Shown here one piece after another: positions 12,440-25,822 of a DNA stretch of 64,000 bases. How positions within the stretch are numbered: the stretch's first letter is position 1; each line of letters starts with the position of its first letter. The notes below the pieces were generated by a model. The model was not told the DNA's origin, did no database searches, and saw only the letters and a list, made by a program, of their open reading frames with translations. The DNA is taken from assembly GCF_018977255.1 (NCBI RefSeq), contig NW_024704742.1:49788001-49852000 (forward strand). The letters run 5' to 3'. Source of the DNA: Callorhinchus milii. Lineage: Eukaryota. The translations under genes and the position numbers were made by a program.

Positions 12440-13180
12440 ATCTGCCGAAACTCTCATACATGCCTTCATTACATCGAGGCTTGACTGTGCAAAGTCACTG
12501 GTTGTCGGCCTCACCAACTCCTCCCTCCACAGGCTGCAGATCATCCAGAATTCTGCAGCCCATGTCCTCTCCCACACTAGACTCCGTGACCCTATCACCC
12601 CTATCCTCGCCCGACTCCACTGGCTTCCCATCACATAGAGGATACGTTCAAGATTCTGGTCCTCACTTTCAAAGTCCTCTACGGTCTTGCTCCCCCTACC
12701 TCTCCAACCTCCTAACCCCCTATCACCCTGTTCACTCCCTTCGCTTAGTGGGCTCCGGCCTGCTTCATGTCCCCCGCCTTGCTCACCCCACTACCGGCCA
12801 GGCCTTCCGCCACTCTGCAACAACAACGGAGCTGGTTGAGCGGAGAGAGCTGGTGGGTTGGTAGGGGGCTAGGAGGTCACAGAGATAGGGTGGGACGAGA
12901 CCACTGAGGGCTTTGTAGGTGAGGACCAGGATTTTGCATCCACCCTCTGGAACTCCATCCCACAGTCCCTCCATCTCACCAACTCCCTCGTCACCTTCAA
13001 GACCCACCTCAAGGCCCTTCTTTTCAACCGTGCTTTCGATCTCCCTGCTTTCCCTCCGTCCTCCACCCTCCCCCACCCCGACCCTCAGCTCGGGTCCGTA
13101 ACTCTGTCTGTCCAGTGCCTTGGGACGTCCGCCCGATGTGAAAGGTGCTCTACAAATGTAATTTTGTTGTCGTTGTTGTT
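12440..13180 (+). mobile_element. L2 3' fragment containing an antisense L2 piece at ~12820-12935
   Basis: The AETLIHAFITSRLD...RLHWLPI frame is on +; the inner segment reads KILVLTYKALSGLVPPYLCDLL on -. Confidence 0.88.
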
Positions 13181-13184
13181 CAAA

Positions 13185-13435
13185 TACCAGCAGCACCCCC
13201 AATGCACATTCTGGAACCCCCAAAGCCTTGGCTCTTGCCAAGCTATGCCTAATACTCCCTGGAATTAGTTAAATGTCCCTCCAGGGAAAGCATGCACATA
13301 CCATTCCAGATACAGGGAAATTCCAATGTGTAGGCGGCATACACAAGTGGAATTCTCAGCTAGGTTTGGATGCTCTTAAGTGTGATGATGGGTTTCCGCG
13401 TGTGTCAAGCATCTGGCTGACCAAAAGATAAAAAT
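13185..13435 (-). repeat. Unclassified dispersed repeat (same family as 36118-36570)
   Basis: Reverse complement GGTCAGCCAGATGCTTGACACACGCGGAAACCCATCATCACACTTAAGAGCATCC matches 36121-36176 and 63755-63810. Confidence 0.8.
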
Positions 13436-14587
13436 AGCTGGATGCTGTGATAATTCAGCCATACCCGCTACCACATCATTTTGCAGGACTCCTAAAGCAT
13501 GTGCAATAATTTGTATAATCCTCCATTACGCAGGATTATTAAATTGCTGAAATAATTTAACGTGCTTATGATTGAGGAGAATACAGACAATGATTCACTG
13601 AGGATGTTCCTTTAATTAACTCAATTAAGTATTAACTCATACTGGTGATACGTGAAACATTACACTGCTCAGGGATTTTCTTTCCTGCACAGCAAGAACT
13701 TAAGCATTAGCAGAAATGTATTCATTCCAGCATATTCTGGTTGCCATAGTTACAGTATCAATTTATTCAGTGACCTTTTGTGGCATGCTTTTTCTACTTT
13801 CTTGATAAAAGCAGCCGCATCACATTTGTGTAGATAATTTACAAGACAAGTTTAACATAAATCACCAATTGCAATTGAGATTTGTACCTAGAATTGGGCA
13901 TGTCATCTTGAAATGAAAATATTTACCAATATCTCACATTTTCAACTAGACGATGCTTGATACATTTTCGAGGAACTAGGATTATTATTATGGACATCAA
14001 TTAGACAGGCTCAGCGTGGCATTTGTTGATGTTTGGACGGGACATCTTACAAATCTTTTGTCTGCTGATAAAGGCAATTACTGAACTGAGGTTATCAGAA
14101 GGAGCTGAATGAGACAAGGAAAGAGTAACTAAGAAAGGGTATATTTTATAATAATTTAAGCAAAATGATTTTGGTTCGTTTCTATTTTTGAAGGTAGCTG
14201 AAACAATATTCTGTCTAATATCTTGTCTCCAGTGTGATTTTGATATGCTAGCATGCATCGGCTGGTAAATTTGCATGCTACACAGTTGGAAACACTTTTG
14301 CCATAAACGATCCCATCAATTCCATGAATTTTTGTTCATATTTTATGGTGGGCGATGAGAAACAACGCTAGAGAAAAATAATAGTTTACATACCAGTGAT
14401 CTGCACTCAACATGTTTTGCATGTAAAATTATTACTGTGGTTGAAAAAGTGCTCTTCGGGTAAACAGTATTGTTCTTCACAATTCCACTGAGAAAAGAGT
14501 CTTGTAATGGAAATTGTTTTTTGCATAGTATGTTATGACTCACGGGACTCTGGTTATGACCTAAAACCTCACCCAACACAAACGCTT

Positions 14588-15335
14588 TCCAACACAACAA
14601 CAAATTGCATTTATATAATGCCATATCAACCTGTCTGCTCCCTTTGCTAAGCAGGCTTTGGCCCGCTCCACATCCCCCCACCCAGCCCGCCAAACCATTG
14701 GTGGTCGAGTCTTCAGCCTCTCTGCCCCAACCTCTGGAACTTTATCCCACACTCCCTTTGCCTCACTCCCTCCCTTGCCTCCTTCAAGGCATGTCCTCTT
14801 CGACCACGCCTTTGCCTACCCTCCTATCCTCCCTGCCCTCCATCCTCCCCGATCCCAACCACCCTGCTCAGTTCCAAATTCCTGACTGTCCAGCCCTTGG
14901 AATGTCCTCCCAGTGTGAAAGGGGCTATACAAATGTACTTATGCATTGTATTGTATAGTGCCTTTCATGTTGGGAGGGCGTACCAAGGTGCTGTATAGAC
15001 AGGGATTTGGATCCCTGCAGGGGTTGGGATCAGGAGGGTGGAGGCCAGGGAGGAAAGGGTAGGAAGGTGACCAAAGGCGCAGTTTAAGAGGAGGGTCTTG
15101 AGATGTGCGTTGAAGGAGGCAAAGGAGGGAGCTGGGCGAAGGCACTGTGGGGTGGAGTTCCAAAGGGTGGGGGCAGATAGGCTGAAGACCCGACCGCCGA
15201 TAATGGGGTGTGCAGTGTGGGGACGTGGAGCAGGCTGGAGCCTGCTGAATGGAGGGAATGGACAGGTCGACTGTCCCGTGCCTTGGGACATCCTCCTGAT
15301 GTGGAAGGTGCTACATAATTGCACTCCTCATTGTT
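14588..15335. mobile_element. Cluster of L2 3' fragments in alternating orientation
   Basis: Minus tail 14588-14622, plus L2 14628-14940, minus L2 14941-15270, plus tail 15272-15335; TIGGRVFSLSAPTLWNS frames on both strands. Confidence 0.85.
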
Positions 15336-16489
15336 GAAAAGATATGAGCCAACTTGCAACTTTTAGGTTTCTTTCAACTACCCCCTTGAATGTACTCTCA
15401 TTTCGGAATACCTTCCTATTTTTACTTCCTGTATGCAGCACCTTGCATTTATCTATATTGAAGTTCAATTTCTGCTGCCTGGTGAATATCCTGTTGAGCT
15501 CTCTTCGTAAGATTTAGTTGCCTCCTCGGATTCTCCAGCCTGGTGTGAGCTACAAGTTTAATCTCATACTGAGCATGCCAATACAGCTCTTTCATATGTA
15601 TATGGGATTGGAGGGAGTCACAGCAATGGAATCTTCAAGCACCTCATCTCTCTTTAACACCACATAGCTCCACTAGCAACCTCCTTCTGCTTCCTTCCCT
15701 TCAGCCAGTTGCAAATCCCTTGATATTGCCTGACATTAGTTTGTCAAGGAGTCTCGCATATTCTTTTCTAACAATATTGTTAAGCATGCTCTAAAGAAAC
15801 ACTCATATATTTAACATGAAAAAGAGGGAAAAGTGCTGTCATAGATATATTTCCAGTCAAGCAGTTGATATTTCAGTTGATCGATGCTGTTCGTCACTGT
15901 CTTACTGATGACACTTGAAAAACATATTATTGCAAATTATCCATCTGGCTTCTCCTATCATAAATTATATGTATTATAAATAATATTTAAAAACACATGT
16001 ATTTAATTTAGAGCCTTTCATGTTGGAAGGGTATCGCAAAGTGCTTCTCAGAATTTACTGTCCACTTATTTGGGCTGCCTACAAAAATGCATAGCCCTGA
16101 CACTTTACAATATCTCCTGTGAAATCCTTTAAGACATGCTTCTGATGTGAAAGAAGCTACCAAATGCAAGGATTATTATTATTATATTGCTCCTCATCAA
16201 ATATTTATCAAATTCAAGGAGTAAAACGTTTGTAACTGAGGAGTGTTTAGACTCTTACAAAGTAACCTATGGGTAATATGTTCTCACATATATTATTGAA
16301 TTTTATATACAGCATATATGTAAAATTGTTGTACAGTTCTTATGCAGAAATCAGTTAAGGAATACCACAAATTAAATCTCACAGTTTTCTTACAGTTACT
16401 GCATGAACAGAATGGTGTCACCACCAAACAGAGCATTGCTTTGGTGAAGCCAAGCACAGATCCCTGCAAAAATGCATTTACAATACAAT

Positions 16490-17065
16490 TCAAATTTATA
16501 CTTATATAGCACTTTCACTTTGGGAGGATGTCCCAAAGTGCTGGACAGTTTATGATTTGTGCATGAACTGTGATGGTGGCCGAGGGCATGTTGCTGGTGG
16601 GGGATAAGATGTTTGAAAGTGTGATCAAAGAAGAAGGGCTAAGGACAGACCTTGAAGGAGGTAGAGAAAACAGTGAATCTAAGGGACTCTGGGATGGAAT
16701 GCCAGAGGGTGGGTGCACATGCACTGAAAGCCCGCCCACCGACGATGGCAGGCAGGGCGGGGGAGGTAAACCAGTCTTATACCTGCTGAGCAATGGGAGC
16801 GACCTGGTTTGCAGGTCGAGAACACAAGCTGCAGCATTCTGGATAGTTCTGCATCTTGTGACAGGAAGAATCAGGTAGCCTGGTGAGCAACAACAACTTG
16901 CATTTATATAGCACCCTTAATGTGGGGTAGCATCTCAGAGTGTTTAGCACACACTGTGTAAGGTGAGCAGAGAGTTGGTGTAATCTAGCCTGGATGTAAC
17001 AACAGCATGGATTAGGGTCTTGGTGGCGGAGAGGAGAGGTAGTGGCAGAGTCAGGCAATGTTGTA
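16490..17065 (-). mobile_element. Old L2 3' fragment with a nested L2 tail (~16888-16950)
   Basis: Stem-loop tail, degraded L2 ORF2 remnants and an internal (CAA)n tail. Confidence 0.75.
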
Positions 17066-17782
17066 GGATATAATTGTAATTGTTGAGATAAGTAGAATAT
17101 CTCAATACATTGTGATATGATGGTTTTCATCTTCCAAGGCAGTTGAGCATCTAGTTCAACTGTAATTATATAGGCCACGGAAGGCTAGTTTTTCAATAGT
17201 TTCAGGAGGACAAAATCCATTGGAGGCATAAGAAATATCAAGGACTGCTGCTTGGAACTCATGTTAAGCCTCAGAGATTGTGTTGACGGGTTATGGCCAA
17301 ACATTAACCTATTTTCTCTTTCGGACGTTGTTTGACCTGTTGTAGATTTGGAGCATTTCTGGTTTGTAATCCCATCACTTCACTTGTGCTCCAACAAATT
17401 AAGATCATCACAAGCATGCAAGTTTTCTCTAAAGCTAAATTTATGACTTAATAATAACAATCCTTGCATTTGATTTAGTGCCCATTGCTGGAAGTGTACA
17501 TGCATGTGTGTAAGGTGGTGACAGTATTGGGCTTGACAGCGTTGACCCTGTTGTTAATTAGTCCACCAGCACACACTATCTAATACTAATAATAATAATA
17601 ATAATAATCTTGGCATTTGATACAGCACTTTACACGTCTTCGACACTATTCAAAGCTACTCACAGAATACACTGTAAAGTGAATTGACTGTATACTTTGT
17701 GAGCGAAAAGGAAGGTGATTTAAATAATAAATATCCTTACATTTGATATAGTGCCTTTGACGTTGTGTAGATTACTTAACTT

Positions 17783-17955
17783 TGTGACCCTGCAATGAAG
17801 TATGAACTGACACAAAGTCTCAATTTAGTAAATTTTAATAATATTAACAAGCTTATATATATCAACATTATATGTTTTATATAATTAAATTAATGCTTTT
17901 GACAGGTCAGTACAGTTCACTGCAATGAGTTGATCAGACCAATACAGTGATTTGG
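17783..17955. repeat. AT-rich dispersed repeat, possible LTR end; second copy at 61637-61820
   Basis: Shared TGACCCTGC...GACACAAA.TCTCAATTT...CAATGAGTTGATCA.A.CAATACAGTG. Confidence 0.65.
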
Positions 17956-18853
17956 ATGAAGGATTAGAGAGCTTTGTATCAAAATTTGCAGATGGCACAA
18001 AGTTAGGAGGCACAGTAGATTGTGTATATGGGAGCAGGAAGTTACAAAGGGACTTAGACAGATTAAGTGAATGGGCAAAACTGTGGCAAATGGAATTCAA
18101 TGTAGGGCAGTGTGAGGTCATCCACTATGGATCCAAAAATAGCAAAAACTATATTTTCTAAAAGGTGAGAAACTAAGAACTGTATATAGCTAATCACTAA
18201 AAACAAGCTCACAGGTACAAAAAGGCTCATGGGATTTGGGACTTTATCTCTAGCGGGATGGAATATAAAGGAGAGAAATTAATGCTTCAACTATATAGAG
18301 CCTTGGTCAGACCGCATCTGGAGTACTGCGCTCAGTTTTGGGCACCCCACCTCCGGAAGGATATATTGGCTGTGGAGTGGGTGCAGCACAGATTCACCAG
18401 AATGATAACAGGTCTTAAAGGGTTAAATTACAAGGACAGATTGCATAAACTTGGTCGCTATTCCTTTAAGTTTGGACGGCTGAGGCGTGATCTGCTGAGG
18501 TTTTTAAAATAATAAAGGGATTTGATAGGGTAGATACAGAACAACTAGATCCTCTGGTAGTGGCAACCAGAACAAGGGTGCATACAATCTTAAAACTGAG
18601 CTTGGCCGAATAGGAGTAAAATTATGAGCAGTTTTTCACCCAAAAGGTAGTGGAAATCTGGAACTCTCTCCTCCAAAAGGCTGTGGATTCTGGATCCATT
18701 CACATTTTCAAGACCGAGGTGGATAGCTATTCATTAGGTCAGAGTATTAAGGCATACAGGGCAAAGGTGTAATTAGACTTGAGGTACATATCAGCGATGA
18801 CCTTATAGAATGGCAGAACTGGCTCAAGGGCTGAATTGCCTATGTTTCTATGT
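17950..18853 (+). mobile_element. CR1-clade LINE (HER1-like), 5'-truncated
   Basis: SKFADGTKLGG, LQRDLDRLSEWAKLWQMEFNV and LYRALVRPHLEYCAQFWAP; CTATGTTT tail. Confidence 0.95.
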
Positions 18854-19643
18854 TAGTGGGTACACAGGTTTTAGGTACCAGAGATACTGAGGTCATGAAA
18901 GTTCCTTATGTTCCAATAAAGCATAATTTCTGAATTATGTCTGCCTGCAAACTCTGTTCTGACTGATCTGGGTATACACTACAATATATTACATGTGCCA
19001 ATGGTTTAGAATAATTCCTGAGCCTGAAACTACAGGGAGCTGAATTATCTCCCATACATCCTTGATGCTGAGCAATGCATTTCTAGTGATGGTAATTAAT
19101 TTTCCTTACAGTCATACGCTGTAGCTCTTTCAAAATAATATCTCTGTGCAATAACGCCATCAGCGTTCACTGTTGAAGCAAAATATTCAAGCAAATAGCA
19201 GAAATCTGTGTATTAAAACAAATGTATATTAATATCAATCATAACTTGTAACAACAGTGGCGAGGAAAGTAATGTTTCATAGCAGAGATAATTATCACAT
19301 CAAATCTGAAACATTGCAGATTTTTCCCATTATTCTAACTACCAAGGTTTAAAAATGCTTTGTTCCTCACTTAGTCTTATCCATTTCTTAAAAATCACAG
19401 TCTACAAAAACCTGTGTTTCTCTTTGAGCTCTTTGATCTTCTGGATGTTCAGCAAATATGGAGCCTGACATACCAATCTGGTCATTAACATCGGCAATTC
19501 TTTATCTCATGACTTAATGATTAAACTGTGGGAACTGCAGAGAATATCGACATAGACAAAATTTTGCGAGAGACCAGATTCATCATTGACAACATCAATT
19601 TGCTGTTAAACAGAAATGACTTTATTCATTTTCATTCCTTCAG

Positions 19644-19675
19644 TAATGTCATTATTTTTGAATTCAGTCCTTGAG
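19644..19675 (+). CDS. Candidate small exon (xMSLFLNSVLE; phase 1 to 0)
   Basis: Acceptor ttttcattccttcag, donor GAG|gtaaga; phase-compatible with 10569-10659. Confidence 0.3.
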
Positions 19676-19780
19676 GTAAGAAACTTGAAGCTTCAGTGGT
19701 TGGATCCACTTCTTATCCAACGATTGAACCATGGGACTGAATCTCTGTAGTGGGACTGAATCTAAAACTGGTGGGGAGTT

Positions 19781-20480
19781 AATAATAATAATAATATTCC
19801 TTGCATTTGATGTATACCCACATTAAACTCCATTCCCCGATCACACCAGATTTAGCCAGGCTCCACTGACTTCCTATTGCCGAATGGTTCGATTTCAGGA
19901 TCCTCACGCTCGTTTTCAAATCCCTTCATGCCCTGGTACCTCCCTACCTCTCTGACCTGCTTGCCTCCCAACCCACAACCTGCTGCCTCCGCTCGACTGG
20001 CTCTGGCCTTCTGCATGTCCCTCATACCTTCCATTCCACCACTGGCGGTCTCACTTTCAGCCACTATGCTCCGAACTCTGGAACACTCTTCCTGTATCCC
20101 TCAGGCTTGCCCCTCCTTCCCTATGTTCAGGTCGTGCCTGCAGACCTTCCTCCTTGAACGTGCCTACGGTCATCTCCCACTCCCTGGGCTCGAAGTTGTG
20201 CTCCGCCACTGTCAAGCGCTCTGGGATGCTACCCTGGTTGAGGGGTGCTATATAAATGCAGTTTGTTGTTGTTGTTGCCTTATCTCGTCGTTGAGATGTC
20301 TCAAAGCGCTTCACAGAATATACTGTAAAGTGAATTGACTGTAGATTTTGTGGGCAAAACCCGGCAGCCAATTGTGCACAGCAATGTCCCACAAACAGTC
20401 GTGCATTGAGTGACCAATTTTTTTTGATGGATTATTACTCCCGGTTAGCAATCTGTCAATCGACTGGCAACCTGTAGAAC
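19781..20480. mobile_element. Minus-strand SINE split by a plus-strand L2 3' fragment (~19830-20276)
   Basis: SINE tail 19781-19815, then an L2 fragment ending in (TTG)n; the SINE resumes CCTTATCTCGTCG...GCGCTTCACAG at ~20278. Confidence 0.85.
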
Positions 20481-21104
20481 CAGGCATGGCCTGTGATTGA
20501 AGAGGGGGTAAATTCAAAACCAATCTGAGGAATTTCAGTGAGAGAGTGGTAAATCAGGCTCCCTAGGGAGATGGTGGAAGAATTGAAAATGAATACCAAA
20601 AATGAAAAAATTCAACAGTGGTCTGATCATTATTAATTAATTCTAGGCTCCTGTCCAAACTAATGACTTGGGTTCATTGTGGTTTTCAGATATGCACTGA
20701 TGTAAGTGTTTAAGAATCAGAAATGTTCCAGAGATGTGACATGAAAGTTAATGGAACTTTTAAATACTTGGATCCCAGTTTATTTCTGGTTTATTTATGT
20801 TTTGATTAAAGTTAACTCTTCGACTGATGCTAGCAAGTTATCTTACTACCAAAAATTGGCATTCGAGTGCAACGGAAGTCATTGCCCTCTTCTGTTGGTC
20901 TCAAATTCTATTTGTAGGGTGGCACACGGTATGTTGATGAATCAGTTCAGACAGAGATCTGAAGGAAAGTGTGTGTTGTAGTAGACCGTATTAAATTGGT
21001 GGTATTTCATAACATGTTCTACATGATGATTATCACAGGGATTCACAGGGATCACATAATAAATACTCTGTATTTCATCCCACGCAGTATCTGGGGCATT
21101 TTGC

Positions 21105-21155
21105 CTATAAAATAAAATAAAATATAATATAAAATATAATATAAAATATAAAATA
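21105..21155. repeat. AT-rich microsatellite (AAAAT/ATAT)n
   Basis: Direct tandem repeats visible in the sequence. Confidence 0.85.
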
Positions 21156-21294
21156 CTGTCTTTACACTTAGAATTCTTAGAATCCTGTAAATTGTTGTGA
21201 GACACTCTCCTGGTGTGAAGATATGAAATATAAGAATTATTGTTTATTTATATCTGAAAGCTTTGAGTGCACAATCTTCCAAATCAGCATGGAG

Positions 21295-21600
21295 TGAGTA
21301 ACTTATTTTATTTGGAGGATTGTTGACCAGGACACTGGGAGAAACTCCCTTCTCTTTTCAAATTAGTGCCATAAGATTTTTAACGTCCACTGCAAAAGCC
21401 AGATGGAACTTCAGTTTAATGTCTCATTCAAAGGAAGGCACCTCAAACAACACAACAAAATAATGCATTTTTATATGTCATATAGATGAGGAAAGTCTGA
21501 AGTTTGCAAAGATTAGCACCTCCAACAATGAAACACACCCCCAGCACTGCATTGGATTGTCAGTTTGAACCCACAACCTTATGATTCAGAGGCAAGAATT
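21295..21600 (-). mobile_element. Old SacSINE1-like DeuSINE
   Basis: GACCAGGACACTGGGAGAAACTCCC, TTTAATGTCTCATTCAAAGGAAGGCACCTC and a reversed tRNA head. Confidence 0.75.
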
Positions 21601-23685
21601 ACTGCACTACAGCTCTTCTCTAAGCTGAATACTAGGAGGCAGCTTACATCTATTTTGGTGGATGAACTTTCTCAATGCCCTTCTAGATGCTGAAAAAAAT
21701 ATTTTTTGCTTCATACCCACAACCAGGAACAAAAAAGCCTCCATTATCTTTGAGACACAGGTTTTTGTTGCTTTGGATGGGATAGCTGCCTATCCTGTAG
21801 AGTGAACAATAGAAATTATATGTGGAATGTCCATTTGTGACAAGGGACACGAGTTAAACACAGTATTAGTTGAACACTGCCAATCATTAGCGTCCATTTA
21901 GCATTTCAAACTGAATATCATTAACAGCATTTGCTAACTATAGCATGCTTTAATTTACACCAATACAAGTTATTCGAACATTGAAACTTGTGTTCCATTA
22001 TTTTATTTTCATTCATAGTCTTTATTCATGATGAGGGTCCGGCGTTAAACTGATGTTATTTAAATTTGCCATGAGTTTGCTTTGCTCTGATTCACCACAT
22101 TAGGAGATTCTGAGGAGCAGTGATGATGGTGGAGCAGTTTTGAAATGTCAAGTTTTGTTATAGAATTTGACAGATCTGGTGAGTTTCAACTGGACTGACA
22201 TGAACCATTCTGAGTCTTTGCTGATATCTTCTGATCACAACTGTGGTGTGGATTCTCGAGCAACTCTGCATAGGCACTGGATACATCTTGCAAGAATAGG
22301 TTTCAAGGGTGGGTGATATAATGAAGAGTTCAGAAGAAAATTATGTTGCCAACAGGTTACTGAAACTGAATGTGAAGTGTTTGTGGATCTATCTCACCAG
22401 CTATGCCATCCAGAGATCTAGGCGGAATGGACTGAAAAGTTCATTAGATTTAATGCTGCATTAAACAAACCTATGACACAGGCTGATAAATGTACAAGCT
22501 TACTAGCAACGATCCATAATTAAGTTTGAATTCATTAGTTTTTCTCTTCTTTCCCATGTAATAGCATAGCACTCTGAGAAAGAACGTAGCATGCAATCAT
22601 AGAAGTTTTCGTTGTGGATTGCATTTTCAATGTCGGAAAATGCCGGTACATGTGAATAAGCTATGTTCCGCTCATGGGATTCAAATTGAGTCAAAGGCGA
22701 TATCCCTGGCCACTGAAGGCCAGCAAGCATGATGAGGAGAATGTCACATTAGGAGAGTGGGCAAGCCGGAGTCTACACGCGGTCTGTGGATTTTAAAAAA
22801 CATGTTTCTGTTTTAGACCCGGTACAAATTCCGGATACATACAAACCAGCAGGGGTGTATTCTTTTCTGATTGTATTCTGCATTAATTCACATAATGGAC
22901 CCCAGAAATCTTTAAGATATCTAACTTGATTTCTGGGTTTGATCAAAAACTGAATGCAATGTTTAAAAAAAAACAAAGTTGAAAGTAATGAGTTTGCTAA
23001 AGTGTGTTGGGTACTCCATTTAAGTGTCACGTGGCTTGGCTCTGGTTACATAGATAGCCAGAAACCATTGATTTTGACTGCCATGCCATTGTTTAAACTA
23101 TCCCCAATCTGAATATCTCTGAGGTATTGAATTCAAAATAAAACACTCATTCTCTCAAGATAGATTCAGTGTCAAAGTGATCTCAGGATCCTATGGGTCT
23201 CTTTTGAACCCCATTGCAGAATCAAGATTTATACAATGTTTCTTGCACCAAATCCCAGAAGAGTAGCTAAATCCTTGGCAAGGATACTTACAGCTCAAGT
23301 TTCGTCTTTAGTGAATTAGGAACACATTTTATATGATGAATAAATCACTTCCTGGAATAAGATTTGCCTGTAGCTCTGAAATGTATTAGGTTGTAGCAAA
23401 CATTAGATTTCCTTTTTATTTCATGTTCTGTTTAATAATAACCTAGTTTATTTCCACCACTATTTTCAATTGATTACCCCAATAAATGCTCCCTATACCC
23501 TGTTAAAGTCACCTTTGGGTCTATCTTATTTGAATGAATTTCAGCAAGTATGATTAAGAATGGGAAAAAGTCATCAGGCCCTCGAGACATAATGGAAATT
23601 AAATGGAATTTTGGTTCTCTAGATGGTATTCAAATTGAAAAGTTCAATTTAGAGAACCGAAATTCCATCTAATCTCAGCCATTTT

Positions 23686-23843
23686 GTCTTAAACACTTAA
23701 GATTGCACTTCATTGTGGAAAAGTCTTAAAATTTGTCTTAATTTAAAAACGGGTCTTTTTCAGATCTGCAGAAAGCTAGCTTCTAAATTAAGGATGAATG
23801 TAAGAATTATTCATAATTCTGAGCGATCTTAAGTTCTAAGACA
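23686..23843. mobile_element. MITE-like element with imperfect inverted termini
   Basis: TGTCTTAAACACTTAAGATTGC pairs with GCGATCTTAAGTTCTAAGACA; related CTTAA/TTAAG-rich pieces lie at ~29920, ~37630 and ~42540. Confidence 0.55.
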
Positions 23844-24006
23844 TGTTTTACAGACTAAGGTAGAATCTCAGACTTTATTTGTATTGTCACCATATTCCTC
23901 CTTTGGTTCACTCTCTGGAAAAGTGTTGGTCGTTGACCCAATTTATGTTGTTTATTTCAATGGCCCTGCTAAGTAAACTATTCCGTTAATGTATTACTCT
24001 TTACAG

Positions 24007-24076
24007 AAGAAAGATTAAAACGTAGAAATTTACCAGCTAAGACCACCTTAGCCTTTGCAGAGTTAACGATAGCTGA
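24007..24076 (+). CDS. Candidate internal exon (EERLKRRNLPAKTTLAFAELTIA; phase 1 to 2)
   Basis: Acceptor attactctttacag, donor GA|gtagga. Only one frame is open and it joins 27522 in frame. Confidence 0.45.
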
Positions 24077-25109
24077 GTAGGAATACTTCCTGCCCCCAGG
24101 AACTGGTCTGCCCTTTCAAGTACTGTCAATGAGCCAGGCTGGCTGAGCTGTCGTCAGCAGTGCCCTGGAATACTACAGACCCACCTGGCTCAGGAACTGG
24201 ACTTCCAAGACTGGCATTGAGGGTTTATTTGATTCTGACATCCTGTTGCCAAACATGTTGACTTGGAGCCAGTTCAGCTCCAAGGAGAACCTGCTTACCT
24301 CCCCCAAAGGAGGATAGTCACTAATTGGTCATTTGACATCCGACAAGTGTGCATTTGAGCCCTCACTGGGGGGATGGTAGGTACCAGGAACTCTCTATCA
24401 GCTTCCTGGTGGACAACACAACCCAGCATGAAGTATTGGTGAAACATCACATTATTTCATCCAAACTGCACTTACATTCAAGTAACACTGGAAGATTCTC
24501 TAAGAGAGAGAGAGAGAAAAAAAACTTGAGATAGCTTTAGGCTATATTATTTTCATTAGAGACTTTCATGGCTGATTATTTAGTTAAGATTCCTCTGGAA
24601 TTTCAACATCATGGGCATTCTGACATAGTGCCTGGAGCTATACCTTGGCCAAAACTAATGTCCTCGTTAAACCTGGCAGGTGAAACACAATGTAGTCCCT
24701 TGGAAGTCCTATTGTAGAGAAGCTTACTTCAGAGGCAGAAAAAGTGAAAAGATATTTTCTGGTTTAAATTGTTTAAGCATTCATTTAAATATTACACTCC
24801 CTTGTTTTGAATCCCTCTACCAGTAGTAAGAGTCATCTGCAATTTAAATTATCAATTTCTTTTATTATTACATTCATCTACATTGCCTGAATAATAGACC
24901 TTACTCAAACCTGAGCCAAATGTATTTTACTTTACCTGTACGACAATTAGTAAACTGACATTTTAGTTGCAAATTAAAGGAAATTTAGTTTTATGGCCTG
25001 ATTTTCATTGTGATCAGGTGCATGATTGGTGAAGATCTATTTTGCATATGGCTCACAATCATCAGAAAAAAGATTTCATTTAATCAGTCAGGTAGGTTTA
25101 ATCTCAGGT

Positions 25110-25280
25110 TAAAGAGATGATGTATTTAAGAGAACACTAGATAGGTACATGAGGGAGAAAGGAATAGAAGGTTATGCTTGAAGGCTCAGTTGAGGAGGCT
25201 CATGTGGAGCATAAACACCGGCATAGACCAGTTGGGCCGAATAGCCTGTTTCTGTGCTGTATATTCTAATGTATTCTAAT
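25110..25280 (+). mobile_element. CR1/HER1-type 3' end
   Basis: GGCTCATGTGGAGCATAAACACCGGCATAGACCAGTTGGGCCGAATAGCCTGTTTCTGTGCTGT followed by (ATTCTAAT)n, a typical chondrichthyan CR1 3' UTR. Confidence 0.8.
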
Positions 25281-25364
25281 ATATGAGAAATATAGAACAG
25301 TGTTCCAAATATTTCGTTTCTGAAAAAAATGTTGATGAAAAAAAGTCATTGGTGATAGTAATAA

Positions 25365-25822
25365 TCCTTAAAAATAATGCTTACATTTGTTATAGTGTTG
25401 TCTATGTTGTGAGGATATCTCAAAGTGGTTCCCAGGATATACTGAAAAGTGGTGTGACTGTGTGTTTTGTGGGCCAAAGCTGCAGCCAATTTGCACACAA
25501 ACAGCTATGAAGCGAATGATCAATTTTTTAATTGGGGAATTGTTGAGCAGAACATCAGGAGAAATTCCTTTTTCATTTTGAACAATGCCATGGGATCTTT
25601 AACGTCCACTTGAACAGGGAGATGGAACCTTGGATTAACATCTCATCCCAAGGACGGCACCTCCAACAATGCAGCCTAACCCCAGCATTGTAAACAACAA
25701 CAACAAGATTACACTTGTATAGCGCCTTTCACGTCAGGAGGACATCCCAAGGCGCTGGACAGTGTACAGCATTTCATACCCGAGCTGGGGTCAGAGTGGG
25801 GAGAGGGGAGGGGAAGGGGGGT
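25365..25822 (-). mobile_element. Old DeuSINE (25365-25690) followed by an L2 3' tail (25695-25822)
   Basis: Deu core GCAGCCAATTTGCACAC and SacSINE core; the L2 tail is nearly identical to 383-520. Confidence 0.85.

Noticed and set aside
23764..23799. Candidate exon ICRKLASKLRMN
   Set aside because: It lies inside a MITE-like element and is phase-incompatible with 24007.
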